A stretch of 64,000 nt of DNA, taken from Styela clava. Lineage: Eukaryota. Within the stretch, counting starts at the first letter, position 1, and every line of letters begins with the position of its first letter. Shown in pieces: positions 1-13,500 of the stretch. Below the pieces are notes generated by a model, which was given only the letters and a program-made list of their open reading frames with translations, had not been told where the DNA came from and did no database searches. The DNA lies in the NCBI RefSeq assembly GCF_964204865.1, contig NC_135252.1, forward strand, positions 13,702,001 to 13,766,000, read 5' to 3'. The position numbers and the translations under genes are program-made.

Positions 1-526
1 ACTTGCAACGTTTCCAAAGCGTGGCACATCATATTTTCTAAAGCCTAATAATCAATCAGCTACATATCAAGATCCAGCCATCAACATGGACAAAGTGTAT
101 AAACATTGGGAAAGCACGGAAACAGGGAGAAGCTATTATAACTAAATGTTTAATTTATTCTAATCCTGATAATATATTATACTATTTGTAAATAATTTGG
201 GACTAAACCTTGAAAAAAATCATACTCACTAAAGCAAACATGTGCTCCGCGTAAAATTTTCTCAAAGGGAACACTGTTTACTAGCGTATGGCCATCAACT
301 CCACAAATACCGAAGTAACACAGAACACTGGAATTCATCAAATTTTTATGCAGGGAATTCTTGAATCAAACATTTGCCTTCGACTTAATATGCGATACGA
401 GCGCATAATTTTGGTCAACATAATTTTTTATCGATGGGGTTCGTGGTCGTCCGGCTTTTTCTTATTCGTTCACGACCAAAGTATGTCTTTTGTGGTCATT
501 GGAACTTTATTATTCATGATTTTTAG

Positions 527-3500
527 GTATCAGCTCTGCCTTCAGTTAAGAAAAGACCTTGCTACAGATTTGTCATGTTCATTGGATGACCTTGCTGATA
601 TATTGTCTTACTGGCTCCAGTCAGAATATCAAGGAAGCGAAGACAATGCACAAACTGTTAAAGACTGTCTCAAAGAGTTTGAAAGTCTCCCATCTGAAGT
701 ATCAACAAAAGAATTCACTGACAAGGTTCTATCTTTATATCGTAAAAGGCGTGATATGTCATCTGCAGAAGCAGATGTGCAATTTCTTCTTAAAACGTCC
801 GGCTTAGCAATGTATGGAATTCATTTCTTCGAAGGAAAAAACACAGCAGGAGCCAAAATACGTGTTGGAATAGGAGCGAAGGGAGTCATAGAAAAACTCG
901 GCGACAGATCCACAATATCCCATCCGTGGAATCGAATAAAAAACGTTGTATACAAAGACAATAAATTTAAAATAAAACTTTTACGACCGCCATCTAACGG
1001 TGATCCGCGATTAAAGAAATCGTTCATCTTCGACTCGGAAAAACAAGTTTATTTAATTTGGAGAAATGCTGTTGATCATCATGTGTTCTTCCGAATAGGG
1101 GAGAAAGATAAGAAGCCCAAACCGACTGCCGGGAGTGGAAAGAAGCCCAAGTAAGAACACAGAAGAGTGTTTCGTAGCATGCCGGCTTTCTTTGTCCAGT
1201 AGAAAAACAGAGAATTAAGGAATTTTCGAATTTAAATTTTATTCAATCTTGGCGTTATATATATATCGCAAATTTTAATATTTAGCCACATGATCATATC
1301 TTTTTCCAATTGGTATTTGGTGAAAAAGAATCGTTCAATCAAGGGCAAAAAAAATATTTAGAAAGCCAAACTTGATCACTAAAATTGTAATAACGCAAAA
1401 GATTATTAGTGATTGCAACATATTTCCGTCACTGCCAACTCAAGGTTTAATGTCTTTCCTACATTTAAAAGGTGCCCATACAACACTAATCCAAACACGT
1501 TAAAATATCTTTTACCTTTCGTTTCAACTTGCAGGAAACGACCATCATTGCTCAGAAGACTCAGTTCTAAAAAGAAAAAAACAAAAACTGAATCTGATGT
1601 ACAAGAAGAAAGTGATAACATAAAACGACTTCAACCTACGGTGGTAAAGAATGTTTCATTTGTGATTAAACATTTATGAAAGTGCAGTGTCATTTAAACG
1701 ATACTTTTTTCATGATATACTCACAAAACATATTGAGTTCTACACGGCAAAAGCTATTTCAATTCTAACTTTTTCAATTCTAAATTTTTCAGACTCGCCA
1801 AGGCACATTGCGTGGTCGCCCCCTTAGTCAGCTAAGTACATCTCAATCATCAGTTTCTACTGAACTTCCAGCCGAAGCAACATATACTATATCTCAAGAA
1901 CCCCAAGCGGAGTCCGACGCTTCTTCAATTCCCGATGAAACAAAGCCCCATGTAATCGATTTCGGGGAAAAGAGTGACGTTCCGCGTGAAAATGCCGACA
2001 AGAATTCCACAACCAAACCGCAACAAGAATCAGAGAGTGTAGACGGGAGAGAATACAAAGATGAAGATTTAATGGAAGCTGTCATTGGGAAAATGGACGG
2101 CACGGCAAGTGGTGGATCTTCAACGTTACTTCTTACAGAGACTATTCTTGAAGAAGATGAAGATCAAGACGCACATATAGCATTACCTTCGCCGCGAAAA
2201 CGAGTTCCTCCTGTAAGCTACGCCCGACTGAAAAGCGACGATGATTCTCACGACTTTGCACCGTTACAGACTTCAAATGAAATGATGCAACAGATCCAAC
2301 ATGCAGGCAGTCTTCTAGAAACCGATTTAGACGCAGAGGTCGTGTTAAGTCCCAAACCACTTGAAGAACCCGGAAGCCTCAGCGAAAAAGAATTTGAATT
2401 TGAGCGCTGCAAAACACAAAAAGAAGAAATTCGTTACGGAAAGCGCACTGTACTTATTGAAGACACGAAAACAGAGGAACAGTACACGGAAGTTTGGGAA
2501 GAGATTGAAGTTGAACCGGCATCTCCCCATCGCAAACATGAGGTTTCAGATGTATCTACCAGAACACCACAAAAAGACACCATTGTCAAATCACCAGAGG
2601 AAATAAATACGAAAACAGGCGATGTCTCTGATAATTCCTCGACTGCCAGTTCTCATGAAGGAGAGGTTCATTTCAATGCCCAAGGATATGTTCAAATGCC
2701 TCCAATATATGAAGTCAAACCGAGCGAAACGGAAGAGGCCCCACTACCTGTTTTTGATGATTTACATAAAAATGAAACTTCGCCTTTACAAGGTGAATAT
2801 AGTGGTGATCAAACAAAATTCAATTACGAAGAAGAGTCAAAAGACAAGTACGGAATAGAAACTGCATTATCAGATGAAGAAATGCATACCGTGTCGGGGT
2901 ACAATGAACGTTTCCTACAGATTGAAGAGCAACTTCCAGATGACGAGAAACAACAACTTAGTCCAGAAATACAAGAAGTTGCGGATAAGCAACAATCTTC
3001 GGAACAAATTGATGAAAAATCAAGGCTTAGATATGACACTAACACATATACATTTAGTTACAACTATGATGAAGAAGATAAACATGATTTGGAACCACAC
3101 GACTCTTTAGAAGACCAGTTAGAAACAACTGAATACAAATCCGACCACCAAACTAATCGTGACACATCCTACAACGAGTATGACAAAGAAGAAACCTCCA
3201 GTATAGACGAGAAGTTCACGAGCATTAAAGAATATGTGCCGGACAAAAAAGTACAATCTAGTGAAGAAGAGTCTGACGAAGAAAGTCGGTATTCGGGAGA
3301 TGACCATTTCAAATCATTACTTGATTCTCAGGTTAAAGATAGGCTTGAAACTGATGTGGAATTTTATGAAGTATCCCAAACAACAAGTTATGTCCCCCTG
3401 GCCGATATTGCAGACGAGGAAGAACGTATTATAGTACAAAAGCGAGATTCCGAAAAAGACGATTATCAAGTAGGTGAGATCAATGAATCTTGGAAAACGC

Positions 3501-5635
3501 CCCAGGCTGAATACTATGTATCTCGTGGTACTTCTGAAAATAAAGACGATGATATAAATATAGAAATACCAAGCTTGGAGTTAACTTCTCCTACATCTAC
3601 AATAGAAAGAATTACGAGTGGTCGTATTTCGTATGTCGGCATGACGGAAGAACCAATAAAAGATGAGAAAAATGATGTAGAAGAACATGAGGACAACGAA
3701 TATGGGAGAGATTCATATGAAAGTGATTCTACTGTAAAAGACGACTACGAATCAAATGAATACTATGGTTCTTCTAAGGTTGTTCTTGCTTCAACCAAAA
3801 AAGTTGCAGATGAAATTCCACCACCACCCGCACACGGAATAGGAGACGAATTACAAACCAGGGAAGACTTTGAACTCAGTTCCCTTGGTATAGGAGTTTC
3901 ATATAAAAGCATGAACGGAGCCAGGTTGCCGTACGCAGCGGCAAGTACAACTGCTGCGACTATCGGGGATGATGATGATCTTTCACTGAACGAACTTGAC
4001 GATGGAATTTTATACGAAGAGGAACGTTCAAGAAGCCCAGAAGAACGCGGTGGGTTTAGCTATGAGGAAACAGAGAAAATTGAGTTTGCTGAAGAATCAG
4101 AAACGAGAGAAATTCAACAAAGTCCACAAGATTCAACAAGCAGGAGCACAAGTTTGTCTGATATAACGGACAATACTGATGAGCTGCTCCAGCCTGATAT
4201 TTTAGAAAAGACGTGGTCATATGGGGCTGGGCTAGATGAAGATAGTGAATTATTCCAAATATTGTTTCGAACACCGCCGTTGAAGAGACGTCAACGTAGA
4301 AATCGATCAGAGATCAACCCGCACGAAGTTCGTCAAGGCAAGCATGAGGCGATCGCTTTTAAAAGTACATCAGACGAAATTCCGGTTAGTCCAAGGCGGA
4401 GAGAAAATTTGAGCAGAAGGCCTTTCATTCCAAGTTGGCCTTTTGATCCTGCATCCTTGTTGAATTCTCGTAATTTGGAGGATTTGGATAAAGAAGCCAT
4501 TCTGGCAGCGATGGAAGCACAAAAAGAATTAGCCGATGAAGACAGAAGAATTGAAGAAATGGAAATGATGGAAGACGTTGAATTGTCCTCGCCAGAAATT
4601 CCAGACAGCAAATATTATTCAGCTCCTCCGGGCGATTCACATTTGCCGAATTATCGTGATTGTTTTCCACCATCGATTTCAAGTCGGGACAATTCTCCAT
4701 CTAACGATAAAGAAAAAGGGGAAAGTTATCAAAGACTTGATTACGCAAGACCGCCCATAAAATCTGACATTATAGAACAATGTGAGGAGAAATTTGATTT
4801 GGTCAGCAAAATAAAAATTCGTTCTAGGTCACCTTCTGCGTCTCCGCGTATGGTTGGTGAAGAATTTATTCCTGGGATTCCGGATTTTGCTCAAAGTGTT
4901 ATTCCATATCAGCTAGAGAGCACGGAATCTATTGAGAATACACAAGAAGTTTCTGAAACAGCGATGCCTCAATATGTCGAGGAAGAAATTGACCCCGAAT
5001 CTTTAAAATTTCCGAAGCCAATCCTCAAGTTCTCAGCACCAAAAGAAAAGAAAGAATGCCTCAAATATCGTTATTCTCCTCCAGCAGGTGAGAAACAGAA
5101 CCAAGATGACCAAAGTCTTTCTACATCAGAGGCTTCTGTGGAATCTGGAACGGACGAAACGCAAAGTATCACTATAATTTCACAACCTCTTCCTGAAAAC
5201 CTGCAGGCGCCGGCTGCAGATATGCAAACTTCACAGCATGTTACATCTTCGGGGAGAAGCACCCCACAGTCTGCTACGGGAGGAAACTCCAGTCAATCCG
5301 AAGGCTCGTCTTCGAAATCTTCATCTTCCAGTTTTCCACGATTCATTCACAGCGTTTTTCCTCTTCGACGATCCTCATCTAACGCGAAACCTCGAGGTCG
5401 CAGTAAGACACGAAAGAAGCACGAAAATAAAGTGACAAAGCAAAAAAATAAGAAAAAACCAAGATCAAAAAGCAAAGACAAAAAGAGCAATCAGTCCAAA
5501 ATTCTACCAACCATTCAAGTTACAAGTCCTTCCAGCCCAGATGGTCTTTTAGCCTTTCCGTCCCACCCACACTATAGAGCTCTTCCTTACCAGCAGCAGA
5601 CAAACAGTCTTTCTCCGGAAACAGCTCAGGTATAG
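527..5635 (+). CDS. Band 4.1 (EPB41)-family FERM-domain protein, 5'-partial, with a very long acidic disordered tail
   Basis: Exons 527-1150 (FERM B/C lobes: YQLCLQLRKDL...EADVQFL...LAMYGIHFF...WNRIKNVVYKDNKF...WRNAVDHHVFFR), 1535-1643 and 1793-5635. GT-AG junctions are phase-compatible. The gene may continue from a donor at 5630. The N-terminal FERM lobe exons lie outside the window. Confidence 0.85.
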
Positions 5636-5983
5636 TTAGTTTTACGCCAATAAAAATTTGTAACCTAACGTGAGTATATTACGTTCTCCTAGTTTGCAAA
5701 TGGTAAAATGACCACTATGTTATATATGCTTAGATAAAATTTTGGGAGTCATATGGGTTTCATAACGAAATTTTTAAATAAAAAGGCCTCTTCGAATAAG
5801 GAATATTGCATTAACTGCAATGAAAGCTGTTGTGGGTTCTTACAAAACATTAGTTTTCTTGTCAAGTAGACTTTCCATAGGAATCTGTTATTTTTTCTGA
5901 GCCGATTTTTCATTTGTTTTCAGTCTACAATTTCGGGGGATATTTCAGCACAAGTATACGTTTTAAGGTTGATAAGAAAATTC

Positions 5984-6081
5984 GGTCCTCCTGAAGTATG
6001 CGCACCAAGCTGAACTCTAACTTGGTATACAACCTAAGCTCAGGTTGTGCGCCATCTTGGTGCGCATACTTCAGGAGGTCC
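5984..6081. mobile_element. Internally deleted hairpin MITE (GG..CC termini, 8-bp TSD family)
   Basis: Inverted arms CCTCCTGAAGTATGCGCACCAAG / CTTGGTGCGCATACTTCAGGAGG; direct repeat GAAAATTC on both sides; homologous to copies at 26410, 39826 and 53946. Confidence 0.75.
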
Positions 6082-7506
6082 GAAAATTCTAATATTTCTC
6101 TGAACAATATCATCTTACAAATGTGAATTTTTTTCATGAAATTTTTGTTATTTTACATTCTTTCGGATGGCTTCATCGACAAAATATTACAATTTCAGAC
6201 TCAACTTCACTGTCAATATGATCAAGAAAGTTTGGATAAAATAGTTCTCTCAGAAAGTGACGACGCACATTCAGATTCTGATGCTCCAGTGACCGCTCGA
6301 AAAATTGAAAAATAAGGGATTGATTCAATATATTATGTCCACTGTCCAAAATGAACTTTACCATTTTTGCTTGCAATATTTGTTTTATATAAATGCATAG
6401 AATCCGAGCAATAGCTTATATGCATGGCTTATAAGCATGGCATGGCTTGCTCTTTTTATGTACATTTATATTTTAAACACATAGGTTATCTATTATGTAA
6501 TTAAGTCGAAGTCCGCATTTGCGTATAATTTAAATAATATAACGTACCTATCCATCACAGAAACATCTTTTTTCAAATAATATCAATGTTTTATATTTTA
6601 TTACAGTTTAATTCAGAAAAGTATCAAATGATATTGATTGTATTGCTAAAGCAACAATAGCTTAGCAGATAATACTTGCCCCTTCGAATATCAGACTTTT
6701 CGAAATCATTCAAGCTCTGAACCTATTTGTTGATTACGATACCAACAGCCATCGAATATTAGACAAATTTGTAGTTCAAATAAGGTCAATAGATAGACAT
6801 AACATTATACCATGAGCAGATATTGATTCATTTTCATATTTACTACCATATTATTCTATTATAGTAAATATTGTATATTTGTTGCATTCTTATGTATTTA
6901 TAGTGAGAATAAACTATTTGTAGTAGATCGTCATTGAGAAGTTAATAAAAGCTAGACAGCGTAGTATAGACAGCGCATAGAAAGTTTAAAGCTTCTGCTC
7001 ATTGGGCCTTGAAAATTACAGTTATATATATATATTTATAGATCGAAATCCAAAATACTTACTTCTGTGGGAAATGTCTCTGAAGGTAACTAATCGAATG
7101 CGATTTATTTTTAGTGTGCTAGTCTTTTTAATTGAATAAGCGTTAATCTGATCCTACTAATTCTAAATCCATATCAGTTGTTTTCGCACAAACGCTTTAG
7201 GTGTGTGTTTGTGTTTTACCAAACATGAAACTTAGACCTTCAGGCAACAACAGAGGTGGGTGTTCAGAGCCACTACTTAAACAACTCAGTTCGTAAACTG
7301 CTTAGATGCTGGACTCTAGTTGAACTTCGTGAACGGACATGAAATGTCCCAATTCGGATTCACAAGCAAAGTAGTACTACGAATTAACTGTAGGATAACA
7401 TGCTTCATACATGTCGGGGTTAATTAAAATACTTGTACTTGCACCCTTCAAGAAAGTTAGGAAAGAGTTTTCGATGCACGAACTATGAAGTTTGGTTTGT
7501 AAATTT

Positions 7507-10500
7507 TCAGTGCGTTGGTGAACTGAATTTGCCGTTTTCGTTTGCTTGTTTATGTTGGAAAGCCAGTCTTTCATTCTTTAGCATCGGTTGTAGAAACAAA
7601 CTTGTGGTTCCAATAATGCAACCAATCACAAATATGCACAGAAAAATTCGATCGATAACCATGGCAACGTATTTCCAGTCATTGACGACCTTGAAGTAAA
7701 TTAAGAAAGCAATTAATCCAAAAATATTGACGCATTACAAAATATCAATCACAAAGGGCACGGACAAATAAGTATAGACTCAACAAAACAGCGGGAGAAA
7801 AGGAGTTTTGGTGCAAATTTTTTATTGGGAGTCCTCGGGTTACGACGGTTGCGACTTACGATGTTTCGAGGTTACAAACGCGCACTCCATAACGCTGTTT
7901 CGAGGTTACAAACGCGCACTCCATAACGCTGTTTCGAGGTTACGAACGCACTTAACGAACATATACAGATATAAAAGATAATACTGTACTGTAATATCTA
8001 AGCCTATAAACTGGATCATTGTGATCAAGAAAATCAGTGCTCTGGGCTCATTGGTTTTCGTTATTTACATCGTAAATGACGTGACCAATTGCGAACTATT
8101 ATGATTATGAACGAATAATCACTAAGCTTCAGTAACATGGTACAGTACAGTACAGTACTGTAAACAGTTCCAGTGATACAGTATACTGTACACAGTTTCA
8201 GTGATACTGTACGTCATTTTGGTTGTTTAAGCCGGTTTTTTCGTAACTTGTTTGATCGTTTTTTTTACTTTTGCCCTTTGTTATGGACTCAAAGCAAAAA
8301 AAAATATGTTAAGATACTGTACAGTGTTTGCTTTTATTCACGTGATGTGGAATTGTTTTCTGTTTTTCTAATAAAGATCTTATTTGCATTTTTTGTACAT
8401 TTTATTAGTGTACAGTACCATACTTTACAATACAGTACGATGTGTATAGAGTAATTCATGCACTGTACCACTCACTGTACAGTATATAATGTTCTGACTT
8501 ACACTGAAATTCGGGTTAGGCTACACCGAGTCTCAGGAACGGAACTGCGTCGTAAGTCAAGGACTCCTGTATTTTTTTTCTAGTTATTTGCGACCATGCT
8601 TTTTATTTACTATTTCGATAAAAGTATACTAAAGCATGACTTACATCACTGGCGTCGTCCTCTCTTTGCATATGTTTAGCAATGTAAGTTACTCCGTCAA
8701 TTGCTCTTTTCACATCCGCAGAAAAACAATGCTGTGTGGTTTGTTCGGACCGTCCTGCGTTATGTCCATCCTGTGTCGGCAATGATCTGATTTTATCTCT
8801 GTATGACTGAAATATACCAAAAGTTATGTCATTACTGAAAATGAAAAGCCTTTTTCGAAGACTGACGCTTGTTACAGATCAATGAAGCTTTGTACATGTG
8901 GGAAAAGTTTTAAATAGATCCCTTCTTGCTACACTTGAAAGCAGGGGTTGAACAGAGAGTATTTACACTTCTTTGAAGGTGATTCACATGTTTACCAATG
9001 CTGAACGAAAGTTTTACCGCATGGGAATATGTTGTTTATGATCACGCGCGTTTGCCTGATGCCATTCAGCATTTTTTCGTAATTATGCACACTTCGTATA
9101 GTGGGTGTACTTAGCTTGTTTCGCTTGGAGCAACAAGCGAGACTCATGCGTTTCACCAGATCGCGTTGTTGTAATATGGCATTGCGAGATTAATTGAATT
9201 AAACTGCCATCGACTGCTCTAGAATCGGTAGATAACTGTGGACACTGTGCTGTCCTTGAGACCAGGGCTGGATAAACCATTATGCAAAATAAGCACTTGC
9301 TTATGGCACCAAGAGAAAGGGGACACCACAGAAATTTCCATAGTGAAAATTTCAATGTCGATTAGTGGTTAATGAAAGTGAGTTGGTCTGATGACGATTT
9401 TTAACAGTATAGTACCTCATTGCGTCAGTCGTCAAACATTTGAATAGCATTTCACCGTTACTTCAATTCTTTTGATAAGCGTTAGTCGTTAAACGTTTGA
9501 ATAGCATTTCGCGTAACTTCAATACTGTTGAAAAGCGTCAGTCGTTGAACATTTGAATAGCATTTCACAGCAACTTCAATACTGTTAAAAACCGTCAGTC
9601 GTTAAACGTTCAAATAACATTTGTCTGTTACTTCGATAATGTTAAAAAGCGTCAGTTGTTAAACGTTTAATTAGCATTCGTCCGTAACTTCAATACTGTT
9701 AAAAAGCGTCAGTCGTTAAATCTTTATAACATTTCGCCGTTACTTCGTTACTGTTATAAAGTGTCAGTCGGTAAATGTTTAAGTAGTATTTCGCCGTACT
9801 GTCATATTCAATTTCACCGAAAATATTAGTTTGAATTACAACGCGAGACTAACTCTAAGATGCTGGCGAATTTATAGGCGTATAATAATGCGAGCCAGGG
9901 CTGAATTAACCATCAAGCAAAATGAGCACCAAGAAAAGGCGCACCACAGAAATTTTCATTAGTGCGTCAGTGTTCCATGAGATAATTAGTCAGCCGATTC
10001 AGACCTCAATATTGACCCAGTTGAAATAAATTTTGCTTATTTTCTTTCTCAAGTACCAATTCAAATAGCTTTATTAAAGTTTGTAGATATGAGAATTGTT
10101 TTCGAAAAATATCATGTAAATTAATCCTAATTTCGTATTCCATCAGTACTATCTATATACTGAAACTTACTTATTCAATTTCAGATAGCCTAGAACACTA
10201 GTTACATTCTCATTATTATGTTTTTTTTTATATATATAGGGCATCAAAGTTTCAAGTGCTCAGGACCCTGCCTGAGACCCTTGCGGTAAGAACAGGCCTT
10301 GGAGCAATCATTATCCCTAAAATTGTTTCATCGCCGTAGTGTAGTCTAATCTAGTGTAGAGGCATCATTGCAACAAACTTATTTCGGAGATAATGACTTA
10401 TTTCAGATAAAATAACGATTTGCGGGAAGCATCATCAACTTGTGAAAAACGGGATTACTTCGGTTTGTAGAGTTCTTCGTCCGTTTCCAAGAGTTGCTTT

Positions 10501-13500
10501 TGCAAGATCTCGCAAAGCACTTCGCTTCGATTTCGGGCGTTTCATGAGCAGTATCTAAATATTGGAAAGACAACTCTGTCAAATGGTTGAAATATTGACG
10601 TGATTTACAAATATATGAACTAAAAAGTCAAATGAGTACGCAATATTAACAAAATTCTACCAATATTAAATTTATTAGTTTAAAAGGAAAGCGATTTTCA
10701 CCACAATAGCAATTAACCATTCCAAAGACAATTCAGCAAGGTATCCATAGGTACACACCGCAATCCACAAATAATGGCAAAATTTTGGCGAAATACCATT
10801 TACAGTTATCCTGATTTTTAGGTAGGAAATTCTGTTTAGTTTAACTACTACAACACTGTTTCGTAACCAACCTTTGGCAGGATTTCTAAAAACAATGTCT
10901 TCATCCATGCTGGCATCTCATGGGTATTTGGAGATCGATGATGAACGTTCAAAACAAATACAGTGACAACGATCGATAAAGTCACAAATATCATCGTGAA
11001 TAACAAGTATTCTCCGATTAATGGAATTACCAATGACGTAGATGGAATGATTTCAGTAATGACCAGAAGGAAAACCTAAAATTAAAAGAGTCAAATTTTC
11101 AAAAAGTAAAGTTAAAGCAGAAATATGGATGGACAGGTTGGCGTATTCTTTTGTTATTGAATGTCAAGTATAATAGCAATTCTACTTTTCATAATTTAGA
11201 TTTTCATTTATATCATAATGAAATGCTGTTGTTGATATGATGAAGAATCCACCCATCAACACGCTGACGGCAGAATTGTCGGGTCGGGCTTCGGAAATCT
11301 TGGCCAGCCCGGTTCAAATTTGCAGCGAACGACTGTAAATGATTCTAAGTCGTCAAACACGCTGCCCGATTAAACAACAGTGGTCTTATGTTGTATTTTG
11401 TTACTTCGTGGGTTGATATGAAAAATAAGTTTTCGTCTTTGTCATTGAAACTTCGCGTTTGAATGAGTTCATAAGTTCATCATCACGTTAGGTTAACAAT
11501 TGTTCTCAGCTGAAGTAAAATTCTACTTACGGTGAGTGAAAGTAATACAGAAATACATAATGTAATTTTTTCTCCACAGTCTGATGGTAAGTAGAATACA
11601 AGTACACTGAGGAAAGAGATGAGAAGGCACGGAATTATCAAGTTGATCATGTAAAACAGTGGCAATCTCCGAATATAAAACGAATAGGTGATGTCAGGAT
11701 AAATCTCTGGACAACAGTTATATTTTCTTTCGTGTCTATAGGTTGAGAAGAAGTTGATCATATGTGAGAACATGAAAAATGGAATAAACTCATACAAATA
11801 TGGCATTGTAATATGGTATTGAAAAAACAAGCTCAAAATAGACGCCAGTCAAATGCCAATATGAGTAATTTCGTCAATAAAGGTAAAAGGTACGTCCTCA
11901 GTTTCAAAGACGCAGCAGCCTTTCGATGGATTTGTATAGTTTATAATCGCCAGGGTAAACAGACAATGCTCGATCAGATCCTACTGTATTAATATTTCTC
12001 CTCTCTCGGTTTTCAAATTCTTGGGTTATACACACATGTGTGGGATTTATTTACATAGTTATTGTTGCAAAAAGTTGAAAAAAAACATATGTCCTTACCC
12101 ACCTCCAAACATAACTTACGATTCTAGATGAGTAATTTAAATATCTATTCACCATCGCATAATAAGAACTTACCTGTAACCAGATGCATCCAACACCTCC
12201 CATTCTCCACTTTCCCAATATTCTTTTCTGTTAACTTTATTACTATACATAAGCAAATCTAATCTTGCCTTGTCATATGTCCAAGAGCCAAACTTCATTG
12301 TACAATTCTAGAATAGTTTCATAATATTGTTTTATTTTGAAACATGTTCTCGTGGTTTATTGAATATATAATATTATTTCGGGAGGTTTCAGGTTCAAAT
12401 TACACGGGAACTAATATACGCAAGAAGAATGTTGGACTCTTTGCATCATTTGGGCCAAATGTACATGGTTTCAGTAATAATTTCGAGTATTAAAAAGTAT
12501 TGTGGAAAGATTGAATCCAATACATCCAGGGACTTTGTATAATAATTCGATTGATCAAACCAAATATGCGCGTGTCATGATTAGATACGGGTTCATGGAT
12601 TGCAGAGTTATTGCTTTTCTTTTGATTTTGCTATAAAATCTATCCCTCGAGAATGCCTTTGATTAGTATTGCAGATCAATTGATTTTTATCGAGAGCTTC
12701 TGTAATTTCATTACCGTTAGTTACCAGGATGTTTCAATGTAAAAAAAAAGGAGTCATATTTGGGTAAAGCTACATCGATTCGTCCATGCTTATAGTTTTA
12801 CATGTTCAATATTGGGCGCATAAAATTTAAAAATAGGTAAACACTAATGCTACCACTATGTACGTGGTACTTACTTGTGTATCAAAGGGAAAATATGAGA
12901 CATCAATACTACATGAACTTTTAAAAATAGCTGGAGGAGTCCACGTTATGCTACCTGTATAATGTACCAATGCCTTTGTTGTCTGCTCTACTTGAAATCT
13001 ACCAACGGCACTAAAATAAATAACGGTAAGAAATGATACAAGGTAAGAAGAAGGCATTGGTTGGCCTTTGATATTGCAATCGCGTATTATATAGATTTGT
13101 ATTGTTTCAATAATAGCATTTTACAATTTGAAGGTAGGCCATTCTAATCTTTTTCGTCAATGTTCTATTATTGGACACAAAATGAAACTATGGACCGTTT
13201 TATCAAATTGTAGTTGTTTTTAGGGTTCTTGTGTGGTCGGGGTTTCTTCGCAGCTAGAAGGCTATGATATATATTTCAACCAAAATTTTCACCAGTAATG
13301 TGTAGTACCAAATCAATGTACGCCGTTTGAGCGATAAATTATGAGTTGAAAATTGGATGATTTCTTCCAACGTCAGACACTGTGACTGTAGTCATTTGAC
13401 ATTGGCTCCACGAGACCATGCATTGGCCATTGCTATCTTATTATTAAACGGGCCGTATTTTGATTAACAGAGGAAAAGCACAAAGAATCCTATTTTATAT

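Noticed and set aside
2-145. Open frame LATFPKRG...HWESTETGRSYYN*
   Set aside because: Short, cut by the window edge, with no recognisable family.
288-526. N-terminal hydrophobic part of the 288-aa ORF as a membrane anchor on the FERM protein
   Set aside because: A good acceptor at 526 coincides with the start of FERM similarity, so the upstream part looks like intron read-through.
9083-9355. Extra nAChR intracellular-loop exon
   Set aside because: Overlaps a locally duplicated repeat segment and is not phase-compatible with the flanking exons.
9422-9800. CRISPR-like array
   Set aside because: The units are contiguous with no unique spacers, the context is a eukaryotic intron, and there are no cas genes.
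11260-11400. tRNA or tRNA-derived SINE (GGTTCAAAT box; also near 12390)
   Set aside because: No cloverleaf or properly spaced A-box could be established.
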